Numbered from the stretch's first letter, positions 39,420 through 53,977 are shown. The stretch is 64,000 nt of DNA from Eledone cirrhosa (GCA_964016885.1 OZ024751.1:29636001-29700000), one strand, 5' to 3'. Program-made: numbers and translations. The notes: generated by a model not told the origin, from the letters alone.

Positions 39420-39790
39420 TTGTCTGTCTGTCTATCTGTCTGTCACTGTCTGTCTGCCTGCCTGCCTGCCTGTCTGTCTGCCTGTCTTTATCTCTGCCTG
39501 TCTGTCTGTCTGTCTGTCTGTCTTTATCTCTGCCCGTCTGTCTGTCTGTCTTTATCTCTGCCCGTCTGTCTGTCTCTTTATCTCTGCCCGTCTGTCTGTC
39601 TGTCTTTATCTCTGCCCGTCTGTCTGTCTGTCTTTATCTCTGCCCGTCTGTCTGTCTGTCTTTATCTCTGTCCGTCTGTCTGTCTGTCTTTATCTCTGTC
39701 CGTCTGTCTGTCTTTATCTCTGCCCGTCTGTCTGTCTTTATCTCTGCCCGTCTGTCTGTCTTTATCTCTGCCCGTCTGTCTGTCTGTCTG
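39420..39790. repeat. (TCTG)n-derived minisatellite
   Basis: TCTTTATCTCTGCCCGTCTGTCTG units. Confidence 0.9.
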
Positions 39791-39902
39791 AGAAGAGTTC
39801 ACTGAACATACCTTGTCATTTTTAATATAGTTTTTGAAATCTGTTCTTTAATATTTTCTTCATGAAATATAGTTTTGTTTTACATTTTTCATATCCACCT
39901 AC

Positions 39903-39947
<45 letters not shown>

Positions 39948-40001
39948 TATTATATATATATATATGGACATAGACACATATATACATACACATATATATA
40001 T

Positions 40002-40149
<148 letters not shown>

Positions 40150-41389
40150 TATATATATATATATACACATATATTTGTGACACCCCCTACTCAGTTTTTC
40201 TTTTTACTGCTTATAGCTCTCCCTCTATCCCTTCTCTCCCCTCTCCCTCTCTCCCTTCTCTCCCCCTCTCCCTCCCCTCCCCTCTGAAAAATTCAGTCCC
40301 AAACTAAGCCTGGTTTCCTTCTTCCAGTATTTATATTTCATTCAGGTATGATATTGCTAAACTCTGAGGATGAAGAGAGAGAGAGAGGGGGGAAGTTGGA
40401 GAGAGGGTGGGATGGAAAGAGAGAGAGGAATGAAGAGAGTAGGTGGGATGGTGAGAGAGAGGGTGGGATAGTGAGAGAGAGGGGCGAATGTGGGATGGAT
40501 AAAGAGAGGAGTGAACAGAAAGAGGGTGGGATGGTGAGAGAGAGAGAGTGTGTGTAGTATGGTAAGAGAATGGGTGAGATGGTGTAAGAGAGGGTGGAGA
40601 TTTAGTTTTAGTTTCTCTTTATTTATAGGAACTGATTTCTCTGGAGAGTGATTCCCTGTCTCTCTCTCTCTCTAAATAATGGTAACTGGAATTCTCTTCT
40701 TACTCTTCTCTTTGTTTTAGTTTTGTTCTTTTTCATAAAATTCTAATATAGTTTGTCATTGACAGAACACCAGAGATTTGTACTGTGTCAACTACAGGTG
40801 CTTTTATATATATAGGTTTTTGCAAAGATATTATCTTCTCTTTTGTCTTTTAACTCTTCATTTTCAGCGAGAATTTTATACACTTGTAGATTTATTTAAG
40901 GTGATGGGGGTGTATACAAAACGAAATGCTTGTATGCATGTGTATATATGTGTATATGTAGGAGATTGGAGGTGGGGTTCTTATAATATGAAGATATGTT
41001 CGTTTTAATTTTATCAATTTTATCAAAAATTTGTAAATTTTAATATCGTTGCTTTCCTTTCACATATTTACCAATTTATAATTCTTCATTTCATTTTTTT
41101 TTTGTCCAGTTTGTGAATTTTTGGCACTTGGGGCAATTTCAAGAAATCTCCACTCGACCTCCCCTCCCCCTCCACACACACACTTGCTGTATAAAGTGCA
41201 GTGTCAAGGGAGATCTCTCTCTCCCTCAGCTCTTTATTTATGATTTGAAGCCATATTTCTTTTGGTCTACCTCGTTTTCCATTTCCTTGTGGTATCCTTA
41301 TCCTATTTTTACATTAATATATTACTTTTATCTAAGTTAATTTAAGCATTTAGTCAGTGAGGAAAGACAAGACAGGAGAACAATACAGT

Positions 41390-41726
41390 ACAGTTTATAT
41401 ATAGTTATATATAGTATATCAGTTTATATATAATATATAGTATATTAGTTTATATACAGTTTATATATAGTTATATATAATATATAGTATATTAGTTTAT
41501 ATACAGTTTATAGATAGTTATATATAATATATAGTATATTAGTTTATAGATAGTTATATATGATATATAGTATATTAGTTTATAGATAGTTATATATAAT
41601 ATATAGTATATTAGTTTATAGATAGTTATATATGATATATAGTATATTAGTTTATAGATAGTTATATATGATATATAGTATATTAATTTATATATAGTTA
41701 TATATAATATATAGTATATTAGTTTA
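41390..41726. repeat. 36-bp AT-rich minisatellite
   Basis: TATAGATAGTTATATATAATATATAGTATATTAGTT units. Confidence 0.9.
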
Positions 41727-41750
41727 ACATTTGATATAGTCAGAAAAGAG

Positions 41751-41786
41751 TCTTAGTGTTTCAGATGTTAGTCCTTCATCAGAAGA
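41751..41786 (-). ncRNA. Decayed minimal hammerhead motif (same family as 56929)
   Basis: Sense: TCTT CTGATGA A GGAC TAAC ATCT GAAA CACT AAGA. Confidence 0.6.
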
Positions 41787-41793
41787 AAGTTAT

Positions 41794-42001
41794 CCCTTTA
41801 GCATTCACATTACTCTATATTTACCAGTGTATTTTCACAGTAAACACTTTATCTCACATAATATCAAATCTATGAAATTTTGATATTATTTATTTTGAGA
41901 ACAATACTTTAACGTTGGTATGAATAGCCGGTTATGACCAGTTTGAACAGAAAATGATGAGAGAATTCTGGTCGGATATGGCCGATTTAAATGCTAAAGA
42001 G
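41794..42001. mobile_element. piggyBac-type MITE, same family as 25957
   Basis: TTAT|CCCTTTAGCATT...AATGCTAAAGAG|TTAA; the internal sequence is homologous to 25957-26216. Confidence 0.8.
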
Positions 42002-42599
42002 TTAAGCTTTGTCTAGTCTCAGATCATGATACCCTTTCCAACCCCTGTCATCATAGAAAATGGATATAAAATGATGATGATGATGATGATGATGATGAGA
42101 AGTATTTCTAACCTAATAAATTTCAACTTCAAACTATGTCAACATGGTATATCATTACTATAATATCATTTTAGTTGGCGACTGACTTTCATATCACACA
42201 CATATATGTGTATATAAATATATTGACGATTTATCCAAGCTACAGTTTATATTATGATATAAAACAAAAGATACATCTCGTCTGTCTTAAATGTTATAAT
42301 TAATGACTGTTGATGTAATCCTGTCAATTGTTATTATTGTGTATTTGGTGATGTTTTAGATGTATATCTTCCATCTTATAAATACACTGTTGTAGTGAAG
42401 TGGCTTCTTATCATAATTTTAAAGTTCCACTTTAAAACATCACTCTATATCTATGCCAATATCTTAAATTTGTTGTGTTTACACGTCTCTTGTTTTAGTT
42501 ATTTGGAGCAAGAAAGCACAAGCAAAGCAATGGCTGTATGTATAAGAAGATTATTTTGCAGCCATCACATGGTTTCAGGTTTGATATCTATGCTCTCAG

Positions 42600-42798
42600 C
42601 AATTGTCAAACTGAAACCACTCTGGATAGATAAGACAAGAACACCATTCTCAGATCAGAAATAAAACTCCTGCATGTGTTGATCCTATCCATTTTTATAT
42701 CTGCATGTGAGCCATGGAGCTTGGGCGCTGAACAGCAAAGAAAGATCCAAACAGGGGAGATGAAATGTTATAGAAGAATCTTAGGAATCTCGTACACA
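42600..42798 (+). mobile_element. RTE/BovB-like LINE fragment
   Basis: LILSIFISACEPWSL...IQTGEMKCYRRILGISYT. Confidence 0.7.
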
Positions 42799-42799
42799 G

Positions 42800-43709
42800 G
42801 GTCTTTCGGCTGGTATGGCAAGGCACTGAGTCTTGCTGCCACACGTACGGCCTACCTGCAGCTACCTGGTAGATCCAGGGCTTTACTACCTCGCTCAGAA
42901 CGCGGATGTAGCCATCAGTGTTCAGCTTGAGGCCCTCAGGGAAGAAGTGAGGTGGCATGATGTCACCTTGACTGCTGACGACACCTAAGATCAATGTTGT
43001 CGCTGGAAACTTTGTCTGCATGACTCTGGGCATGTCTTTGGATGAGACAGCGAGCCACCTGTTGTTCTGGGAGTTGATCCACTGGTCTTGGCAGAAGTTG
43101 TTCTCGTCGGAGAAAAACCACAGCATGTCTGGCTCCAGTGGGTGTTTCAACTTGTTGATCAGCTTCTTTGCATGCTTCAGTCGCTTTTCTTGCATCGCCT
43201 TTGACAGAAATTGTCCTTTCCTCATCTTGTATGAAATGTAGCGAATGTCTTCATGTACCACCAGCCTAATGAGCTTTTCATCCACGCCTTTCTCCCTTGC
43301 AATGGCACGCATCGACTTGCTAGGTTCATTGTTGATGATATCCTGAACTTCAGCGACCAACTTGGGCGTTCTGAAGGCGTCAGATCGTCGATCATGTGTT
43401 TTCCTCTCTGATGTTGCTTCGTAGTCGAATCCTGAATCTTCCAATTCCTTTCTGACCTTTTCCACCATTCTCCTGCTGATGCTGAGAAAGTCTGAAATTT
43501 CCTTATTTGTCCTCCCGGCGCGGATTCCAAGAAGAACTCCGTGTCTCTTCCACAAATTTGGAGGTTCAAAATTATTCATAATCAATTATTCTGAAAATAA
43601 ATAATGGAAATATAGTCACTGTTTTTATGAAGACAAGAGTGACAACGGAAGTAAAAAAAATTTGCATAAAATTAGCAGTTGAAAATTGCAAACAAATATC
43701 GTCCACACC

Positions 43710-43711
<2 letters not shown>
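42800..43711 (-). mobile_element. 3'-truncated Tc1/mariner transposon (maT/DD37D-like); transposase starts at ~43579
   Basis: N-terminal HTH region, WFFSDENNF, WQQDSVPCH; the third catalytic residue is missing. Terminus TA|CAGGGTGTGGAC lies in (TA)n. Confidence 0.9.
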
Positions 43712-43753
<42 letters not shown>

Positions 43754-44664
43754 ACATACATATATATAAATATATATATATACAGCTATAAATATATTAA
43801 GATACACACATATATGTGTGTAGTATGTAGATATGTATATATAACTAAAATATTATATCAAGGATAACATATGTCCTATATAGCTTAGAGTTTATTTGCA
43901 GATTTGAACCTTGTTAAATCAGGATAGATAAAGAAATATAGAAAAAAAACAAAAAAAAAACAGAACTTAATAAGATATATAATAATTTGTAAGAAAAGTC
44001 TTTATTGAAGACTAATTTGAATGATAATAATAGATATTCTAATATTTATTGCTGACAAAACCTCCGATCATTCAAAGATGCCATTCAAAAGACATCCAAC
44101 TCTTTTCCCCCTCTTCCGAATCTTATGCCATATTGCCTTGGATGATTCCGAAGACAGATATCATATCTTAGAGGAGAGAGAGAGAGACACCTCTAGTTCT
44201 TACTGCCTCAGTAGCACCAAAACCAAAAAAAAAAAAAAAAAAAAGGGAAGGAAGAAAGAAACAAGGAAAGAAATGAATTACACCATAAAAAATCATTGAT
44301 TACGGGTTTTAGGTTAATCATAAATTTCAATTGTTGGAAAGTTTTCGAGCCACTAGTAGAAGGCTGTATCTAGTATCTGTACTTAGAATGTCCACAAAAT
44401 ATGATTTAGGTCTCGGGATTACCAATCTGGAAGAATATTTTTGTTTTGTTATTTAGTTTATTGTTTTTTTTGTTTGCTTTTTTCATATATATATATATAT
44501 ATATATTTCTGTAGAAAGTGACATTGCTCGTTATTATTATTATTGCTATTATTATTATTATCATTATTGTTATTGTTATTTTCTTGTAAGTCTTAATAAT
44601 GATGAATGACCAGTTATTTAGGAAGTTTGAGTGATATATATATATATAAATATATATATATATG

Positions 44665-44704
<40 letters not shown>

Positions 44705-44759
44705 CATATATTTATATATATATATATATATATACACATACATATATTTATATATATAT

Positions 44760-44801
<42 letters not shown>

Positions 44802-45219
44802 GTACGTACATATAAATATATATGGTTGGTTAGGTACATACCTATATATATATATATTCTTTTTTTCTATGATTAGGGGTAGGTGGTAGTTTGATAGATA
44901 TTGAGGCTGGATTGAAAAATTGTCTGATTTAAAAAAAAAAAATGATTTGTCCAAGATGTGACTTGTTCCATTTCTGTTTCATTTGGTCTGACTGTCTTCA
45001 GCCGTCACATAAAACATATTTCATTTATTTATTAAGTTATTTTTCTCTGTATGTGTGTGTTATGTTTTTATCTACTATACTTGTGAACATTATAAAGAAC
45101 CAACTTACTAAAGCACCATAGCACGTCAAATTTTAAGTATGTACGTATGTATGGTTCCGTAACTCTTGATATAGTTGTAGGGGTGCTGTAATGACATATG
45201 GTGTATCTTGGCATTTTAA

Positions 45220-45700
45220 ACTTGGCAGAGCCCATCTCTCTCCAGGCCTAAGTACAGCAGATTTCTTTTAGAGAAAGCGAAAGATACAAAGTGAGAGAGA
45301 GAGGAAATGAGAAAGCGATATAGAGGAAGAATTGACCCCAGTACTAGACTGGTACTTTTTTTTTTATTGACCTCGAAAGGATGAATAGCAGAGTTGACCT
45401 CGACAGGATTTGTACTCAGAGAGTAGGCAGCTGGAGTGAATACCATAAAGCATTCTATCCAATGTTCTAATAACTCTGCCATTTCGCTGCCTTAGCTGTT
45501 ATTAATGGTTTCTGATTTAAGAACAAGGCCAACAATTTTGTGGAAAAGGAAAGTCTATTAAATTGACCTCAGTGCATTACTGGTACTTTATTTTATTGAC
45601 ACTGTAAGGACAATAGGCAAAGCTAACTTAAGCAGAATTTGAAATCAGAATTTGTCTCAGCTGCAAAGTATGGTGTCCAATTCTCTACCAAAACTTCCAA
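45220..45700 (-). mobile_element. Two Deu/Nin-like SINEs
   Basis: GACCCCAGTACTAGACTGGTACTT and TTACTGGTACTTTATTTTATTGAC. Confidence 0.8.
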
Positions 45701-45952
45701 TTTATAAATGATTCTTTGTAACTTGTATTGCTCTTATTATTTGGTTTTCAGTAAATTGCACCCAGGACACTCTGTAAAGTGGTTAGTGATTGGATAGACA
45801 TCTAGCCATAGATAACATGCTGAACAATGGGCAGAAAGGAGTTTTTAGTTGTGCTAAAGACACAATGATTTCTCTAGTTCTGGTACCCCGGTAAAATTCA
45901 CCAAATGCACTCAGTAGAGTGTGAGACATCTCTCTCTCTCTATATATATATA

Positions 45953-46111
45953 TCATCATCATCAGCAGCATCATTTTATGTCCGCTTTTCCCTGCTTGCA
46001 AGGGTGGGAGGGGTCCTATTCAGCACAGCATCTCTCTACTTGTCACGGTCCTTCGTCATCTCCTCCGTGAGCTTCAGCGATCTGAGGTCTGCTCTCACCA
46101 CCTCCGCCCAT
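45953..46111 (-). mobile_element. RTE family A 3' end
   Basis: WAEVVRADLRSLKLTEEMTKDRDK plus tail, flanked by (TA)n. Confidence 0.9.
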
Positions 46112-46137
46112 ATATATATTGTTCCAGCCATATCTGG

Positions 46138-46209
<72 letters not shown>

Positions 46210-46407
46210 GTAATTTGAGTTTTTCAAATATTAATAATAATATTCAATTCATTTGCAAATATACAAACAACCACTTTTTAAGATAAACTATTTGTTATAT
46301 ATATATATATATATATATCTATCTCTATATATACATGTATGTATATATAGAGATAGATAGATTGTGTGTGTGCACATGCATATATATTCCTGTAGATGAA
46401 TATGTTA

Positions 46408-46485
<78 letters not shown>

Positions 46486-46735
46486 CTGCTAGATAGATAT
46501 AGTAATAGGTACACAATGCATATATTTCCCATTGTGCTTTTTTAATGTTTTATGCATACATACATATAACCCTTGAAGCAGGGTGTGGCTCAAACTACAC
46601 TGTGTAATAATGGTAACTAAAGTATAAGCTTTCTAAAGGAAAACTCTAGAAGAACTACAGAACATCACCATCCGAATGATGAATCAATACCATGATAAAT
46701 GCTCTAATTTTTTTTTTTTTATCTATTTATTTATT

Positions 46736-46780
<45 letters not shown>

Positions 46781-46782
46781 GA

Positions 46783-48058
46783 TGTCAGCCCTTGTGGCCA
46801 ATAAAGAAATCATTATTATTATTATTATTACCCTTCAATTTTTTTTGATAATTTTTTTTCTTGTTTTGGTCTTTTTTTTTGCGTTTCTGTTTTGGTTCAA
46901 AGTGAGTGAATCTATTAATTTCTGAGCATCTTCTTCATTTTTGATGCCAACCTCCCAAGCATTGACCCATACTTTCCAGAGAGAGAGAGAGAAAGGAAGA
47001 GAGACAGGGTGTCTGTGTGTGTGTCACTGCCCCAACCCGTCAATAAAGTGTTTCAATGCCATCAAAGTCTGGGCAGGCATAACAACGACATAAGAGGTGA
47101 GGAAGGAAGTTGGCTGTGACACAAAAATATACAAAACAAAACAAGAAAATAAGGTGGGGGTGTGGAAAAAAACCAAAACCTGTCAGAATCTTCTCCCCTT
47201 GTCTGATATATGGCTACTTTCATGCTTTACAAGCAAGTCATATTTTTTATTTTTTAAAAAAGGGACTTCATTGTTATTATTGTTGTTGTTATTATTACCA
47301 GTATTATTAATATTTCTATCCTTAAATTTATTATTAGTATTATCATTTTCATTATTATTATTATTTATATATTTATCATCATCATAATCATCATCACCAT
47401 CATCATTAATAATATCACTGCTCCCCTGTCTTTGTATTGTCCCTACATGTCGGCCCTTGTGGCCAATAAAAGAAATCATTAATATTATCATTATTATTAT
47501 TATTATTATTATTTATAAGTTTATCATCATCATTAACAATATCATTATTATTATTATTTATATGTTTATCATCATTATAATCATCATCATCACCATCACC
47601 ATTAATAATATTATTTTTATTATATATATATTTTTATTAATATCATTATCATTATTATTACCTGATTTTTATGTAAACCTCTACACCTTATGTAACCCAT
47701 CTTTGTAATGCCCCCCTTCTTATTCAGTGCCCTTGTGGCAAATAATAAGAAAACACCATTATTTTTATTATTACTACCATCATCATCACCATCACCATTA
47801 TTATTATCTGAGTATATGCCTGTAAATTGAAGATGGAAAACTGTGAGAGGGCACTTGCCCTGGTGGTCAGGATCACCGTGGTTTTTTTTTAATGGGCTTT
47901 CTCCCCTATTGGGGAATTTTTCATTGTTCTTTTTTTTTTTGTTACAACCTCTGTTTTTGTTTTTTTTACACGCAGAAATGCCCATTTGTACAATCCTGTA
48001 TTGTCCTGTACTGTCCTTAATGTCTACTTTGTGTAAACCCTTGTGGTTAATAAAGAAA
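46783..48058 (+). mobile_element. Four 5'-truncated 3' ends of one non-LTR family in (ATT/ATC)n tracts
   Basis: Shared terminus CCCTTGTGG(C/T)(C/A/T)AATAA..AGAAA at ~46788, 47454, 47730 and 48038. Confidence 0.6.
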
Positions 48059-48194
48059 GCATTTTGCCTTTCATCCTTACGGGGTTGATAAAATAAAGTA
48101 CCAGTAATACACCAGTGTAATTGCTGGCCTTGTGCCTCAAGTAGAAACAATTATTATTATCATTATTATTACCATCTATCATCATTATTATCAG

Positions 48195-48262
<68 letters not shown>

Positions 48263-48977
48263 GTAGTAGTAGTAGTTTTGTTTAAGGGATTCTTTTGTTC
48301 AGTCTGTGACAAAGTTTTTCCCCAGCTTTGATGATTTGCAAAGAAATTTTTGCATTCTTCATTTTTAACCAATTCTATTCTTCGATCTCTTTTTCTTTTT
48401 TACTTGGGAAGCGGGGGGGGGGGGGGGGGTCCTCCCTCGCATTATTAATATTTTACTATTTTTTTTTTTAAAACATATATTTCTTTCTCAGTTTCCTCCC
48501 ACTGCTTTATATATTTATTTATTATTTTTATTTATTTTATATATTTTATTTTTTTATTATTTATTATTTTATTATATTATTCCGAAATATTTTATGACAT
48601 AAATTATAGAGTGAAGTGTGATTTCTTTGACAAGCATCAGAAGCGAGATAACAATACAAGACAAAATTAACAAAAAAAAATAAAATAAAATAAAAATAAT
48701 ACCATTCTGCAAAGAATAAGGCGATGAATCAAGAAGCTAACAAGGATGATGATGTTATTTTATTTTGCATATGGTTGCAAGGATGGTTGCAACCTAGAAC
48801 TTTAGTACTGTATGTCATGCATAGCATAGTGCAGGTTGTAAATTATTTCTCGTTTCAAATCCTAAATAATTTTACTGAGCATTATACTAGAACTTAATAA
48901 GCTGTTCAACTTTTAAAACCCATGCGTACACACATATATATATATATATATATATGCGTGTGTGTATAAAATGTATG

Positions 48978-49014
<37 letters not shown>

Positions 49015-49087
49015 GGGGGGTATATATGTGGTGTATGTATTCATGAGTGTATACATGTATATATATATTTGTCTGTGTGTGTATGTA

Positions 49088-49120
<33 letters not shown>

Positions 49121-49228
49121 GCATATGTGTGTGTGTATATATATATGTGCATCTGTGTGCATATATATATATATATGTGTGTGTATGTCTGTGTGTGTAT
49201 ATGTATATATGAGTGTATACATGTATAT

Positions 49229-49284
<56 letters not shown>

Positions 49285-49689
49285 TCAAAGAAGCATAAGG
49301 AATGTTCTAATTGAAGGTTCTTTATGCATGCCTTATTTTATAGGGTGGGGGGTTGGCGTGGGAAGGAGGATTTGGTGACAAGTTGAGCTATAGATTATAT
49401 TATTATAATATTATTTTTTATATATACCAACTGCTTTATTTGGATGAAGAGGGCGTAGGTTTCCAGAATGATTTGTTAGGTAACCTCACAGAGTTCTAGT
49501 TCTAGTTCTTTGCTGTTGTCACACATGATGCAGCCCCTGAGGAATGTTTTGAAAAAAAATATCTCTCAAAGGTTTTTAATAACAACTGAGGTTCTGCGAA
49601 GGTCGCCATGAGTTCTGCCCCTTCCACTAAACTTAACAAATAAATGAAAAAAAAAATGTTATCACAAAATATTTCTTCATACATACTAC

Positions 49690-49830
49690 ATACGGTTGTG
49701 TGGTTTAGGAGTTCACTTTGCAAACCACATGGTTCTCGGTTCATGCCTGTTGCACAGCTTCTTGAAGAAGTGTCTTCTATTGCTATAGCCTTCGGTTAAC
49801 CAAAGCCTTGTCAGTGGAATTTGGGAGCTG
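49690..49830 (+). mobile_element. tRNA-derived SINE (GGCTGTGTGGTTAAG head type), decayed
   Basis: GGTTGTGTGGTTTAGGAGTTCACTTTGCAAACCACATGGTTCTCGGTTCA...AAGTGTCTTCTA...CCAAAGCCTTG. Confidence 0.7.
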
Positions 49831-49967
49831 TAAACTATGTCCATGTGTGTATATGAATGGTGACGGTGTTGGTGGAGACATGGTGGTCTATGATGGAAGC
49901 AAGAAATGCAGTCAGTTGGCATTAGTTGGCAATGAGAAGAGAAGAATAATATATGTGTATATATATG

Positions 49968-50026
<59 letters not shown>

Positions 50027-50128
50027 GTATAAATGCTTCAACAACATTCTAATAAATATTTCCTGTACAGGTAATCAAAGTGTGTATACATTTTTTTTTT
50101 GGGGGGGGGGGGGGCGTAGAGAATTCCC

Positions 50129-52197
50129 CTAAGTCCAGTAAGACAACTTCCCTAGTGCTGGTGGCACAAATAAAAACACCCAGTCCATGCTGTAAAATGG
50201 AGGGGTAGATAGGGCCCTTGAGTCCAGTAAGACAACCTCTCTAGTGCTAGTGGCACGAATAAAAGCACCCAGTCCATGCTGTAAAATGGTGTTGGTGTTA
50301 GGAAGTGCATCCAACCAGTATAATAAAAAGCCAAAATTATGAGCACAACAAATAAGAATTGCAACAACTGCGTCAACAGCAATAACACTAACCATATTAG
50401 GGCTGCACACGGTTGTGGGATGGCTAGTGAGGCCATGTGTGAGAATTCCACGACCGTCATCAAGCAATCGCACAACAGGAAAAAGAACGGGACGTCGCAT
50501 CTCAGAGTTGCCACACTTTATGTTGGCACTCTAACAGGTAGATCTGGTGAGATTGCAGAGATGCTGGAGAGAAGGGATGTGGATGTGTCCTGTGTGCAAG
50601 AGGTGAGATGGAGAGGTGCCTCTGCAAGACTAATCACAGGCAAACATCGTAGTTATAAGCTTTTCTGGGTGGGTAATGATGATGGGTTAGGTGGGGTGGG
50701 CATATTACTGGCTGAGAGGTGGATCAATAAGACGATAGAGGTAGTTAGAGCTAGTGATAGAATAATTAAGCTTAGATTAGTTGTAGGCAAGAGACTACTG
50801 ACAATCATCTCTACCTATGCTCCCCAGGCAGGCCTAGGTAAAGAAGAGAAAGACGGCTTTTACGAGCAATGTTTACAGATAGCCTCAATGACAGAGGACA
50901 GGGACATCGTTATGCTAGCAGGGGACTTCAATGGACATGTCGGACAGCTCCAGGATGGATACACTGGGGTACATGGTGGGTACGGTTATGAAGGAGTGAG
51001 GCTTCTTGAATTTTGTGATGCAAATGCACTAACCATTTGCAAGACTAACTTCCAGAAGCCTACCAATCATCTAATAACCTACAAATCAGGCAAGCGCATA
51101 AGCCAGATTGACTTCCTGCTAGTTAGACAGCGAGACAGACGGATGGTGTCAAATACTAAGGCTTCCCCTGGTGAAGAATGTACTCCACAGCATAGGTTAG
51201 TCGTTAGTGACATCTCAGTAAGCAAGAGAAAGAATGAGACATACAGGAAGGTGTGGAAAAGAAAGGTCTGGAAGCTAAAAGACCTTTCATTAAAATATAA
51301 ATTTAGCAAAGCCCTTCAAGATGCGTACGATGAAAAAGAAGACGATTTAGAGTTGTATGACATAGATGATAACTGGAATGTCTTGCATGACAACTTACTA
51401 CTGGCTACTGAAGAAACTTGTGGTTGGGGCCGAGCTTCCACCAGACAGAGAGTGACCTGGTAGTGGAACAGCACGGTAGATAGGGCCATTAGAGACAAAA
51501 GACTGGCATGGAAAGCTTGGAAAAATGGTGGAAGTAGAGACGGATACACAGCCACTAAGAGAGAAGCTAGACGTCAGTTGTACTTAGCACGCAGGGAGGC
51601 TGAGAGTAGGAGGTTTGCCAATGTTCTGCGACGGGAAGATCAGAGGCGTGAGGTGTTCCACATTGCAAGGCAGTGTGTCAGTGAAAATCAGGATGTTGTT
51701 GGAGATAAGTGTGTCCGGAATGATGCTGGTGTACTTAGTGTCACGGATGATCAAAAGGAGGCAGCCTGGAAATGTCATTATGAGAGACTGATGAATGTAG
51801 AGAACGAATGGGACAGAGAGGAATTACCCCCAGTAGACAAGACAGAGGGACCAGCTATTGAGATTGACGAATATAGGGTACAAGAGGCAATTAAGGAAAT
51901 GAAGAATGGTAAGGAAGCTGGGCCGTCGGGGTTAGTTGCTGAGATGCTGAAGGCTTCAGGAGAAGTAGGCACTAAACTAGTTGCACGCATCATTAATCAA
52001 GCTATTGTCCTCAGCCCACTCTTGTTCATTATAGTCCTCCAAGCCATAATGGAGGAGTTTAAGACTGGATGCCCATGGTAACTTCTTTATGCTGATGATC
52101 TGGTTCTTATAGCAGAATCAGTAAAGGAGCTAGAGAATAAATTCTGGCTATGGAAACAGCAGTTGGAATCAAGAGGCCTGAGAGTGAACATAGCTAA
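50129..52197 (+). pseudogene. RTE LINE 5' part: 5' UTR with ~89-bp tandem module, APE endonuclease (50339-51463) and an internally deleted RT
   Basis: RVATLYVGTL, CVQEVRW, TYAPQ, AGDFNGHVG, QIDFLL, PQHRLV, GPSG, LSPLLF, LYADDL. Confidence 0.95.
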
Positions 52198-52199
52198 TT

Positions 52200-52662
52200 A
52201 TATTGATTTAATCAATCAACCCCCCCCCCCCCCACGCACACACAAAATAATTGCTGGCCTTGTGCCTATAGTAGAAATCATTATTAATTTTAGAGTTACG
52301 GTGGATTGGCAGTATCAGTAGAGGGTCAGATACCATGCTTTGCAGCATAGAGTTACGGCCATTTACGGTCTAGTTCAAATCTTGCCGAAGTCAACTTTAA
52401 TATAATTCTATATAGGAACATTTCTAATGTGATTCTCCAAACACCAGATTAATAATTAGAAAACCAGGGCGGTGGATTCGCAGTATCAGTAGAGCGTTGG
52501 ACACCATGCTTCGTGGCATAGAGTTATGGCCCTTTACGTTCTGAATTCAAATCCTGCCGAGGTTAACTTTGCCTTTCATCCTTACGGGGTCGATAAAATA
52601 AAGTACCAGTAATGTACTGGGTAATTGCTGGCCTTGTGCCTAAAGTAGAAACAATTATTATT
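52200..52662 (+). mobile_element. Deu/Nin-like SINE cluster
   Basis: Full copy at 52468-52662 plus two partial copies. Confidence 0.85.
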
Positions 52663-53943
52663 ATAATTAATATTAGAGTTTATTTTTCAAATTTTTTCTC
52701 CCTTTCATCCATCTCACTCTAAGTAGTTCATCTGTTGCTCTTTAACAAAATGATGAAGAGAACAAAAAAAAATATTTTTCTTTCTTCTAAGTATGTCATC
52801 TTAGTTCGTCAAGATTAACGAAGTAAAAAAATGAAAGATATAAAGCACCATCATAACTCATAAACAACACCTTTGTCACTTGGAAAATGGCCAATTTACA
52901 TCTCATAAAAGTAATATATATATATATATATATATTTGTGTGTGTGTGTGTGTGTATTTATGTGTATATATATCTGTAGGTATGTATGTGTATATATATG
53001 TGTATATATGTATATGTATATATATATATATGTATATGTATGTATATGTTAGTATATCTATGTATATATATGTATATGCATATATGTATATGTATATATA
53101 TGTATATTTATGTATATGTATATTAGATGTATGTATATGTATGTATATGTATATTAGATATATGTATATATATATATATATATATATAAGAAAGTAAGTC
53201 CATAGAATCATTTGATAAAATATGTACAATATTTCTTCTCCCAATCAGCATAATTAACCACACAAAAAATCAATTAAACGAGGCTAAAAGTTTAAATGTA
53301 CCTATGAAGAAACAATAGATAAATAAATGATAGCTATTTTATCCGCGATCAACAGCCACAGAAGATTTACCTAGTATTTCTAATAGCCCGTAGAAATTGA
53401 TCAGACATATAGCCAACCATACACAATTAGGTACAAAATCAAAGTTAGAAGAAAAATGTACAGAAACATACCAAAATTATGTTTCTACCCCATATATATA
53501 TATATGCGTACCACCACATATTTACACACTCAGCCTCCGGAATCCTCTCCCCCCACCCTTCTGACCCATTCCCATCCACACACGCACACCTCCCCATCCA
53601 CACACGCACGCACACACCGACCTACACCCCACCCCACACACACCTTTTCCTGAACATGCAACCCCGTTCTTCCCCTAACTCTTACTTTCACATACACACA
53701 CACACACACACACCACCTTCAGCCCTCCCCGCTCGGACACCCCGCCTCCCTCTCCCCACTCCACCCGCCACCACCCCTACACGCCCCACACCCTTTCCCC
53801 ACTTGTTTTACTTTGTTTATTTTTATTTTTATTTTGCTTTCATATTTAATTTCATTTGTACCGTTTCCTCTCACCCCCTTTTTTCTATATGTCTCTCCAC
53901 CACTCCCCTACACACCCTTGGAACTCTCTTCCCACACACTTTT

Positions 53944-53977
53944 CGCCTGAAGAAGGGCTTCTGTCCGAAACGTCGTT
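53944..53977 (+). ncRNA. Minimal type-I hammerhead in a Penelope-like 3' remnant (~53500-54065)
   Basis: CTGAAGA A GGGC TTCT GTCC GAAA CGTC, AATAAA ~40 nt downstream, then (TA)n. Helix I is weak. Confidence 0.7.

Noticed and set aside
42695-43585. Active 296-aa transposase
   Set aside because: It is truncated after WQQD; the C-terminal residues come from the antisense strand of an adjacent LINE fragment, and there is no full second TIR.
44975-45003. Minus-strand CTGAAGA...GAAA
   Set aside because: No credible helix II or III pairing.
50129-50500. HDV-like ribozyme in the RTE 5' UTR
   Set aside because: Known in some RTEs, but I could not build the nested double pseudoknot by eye.
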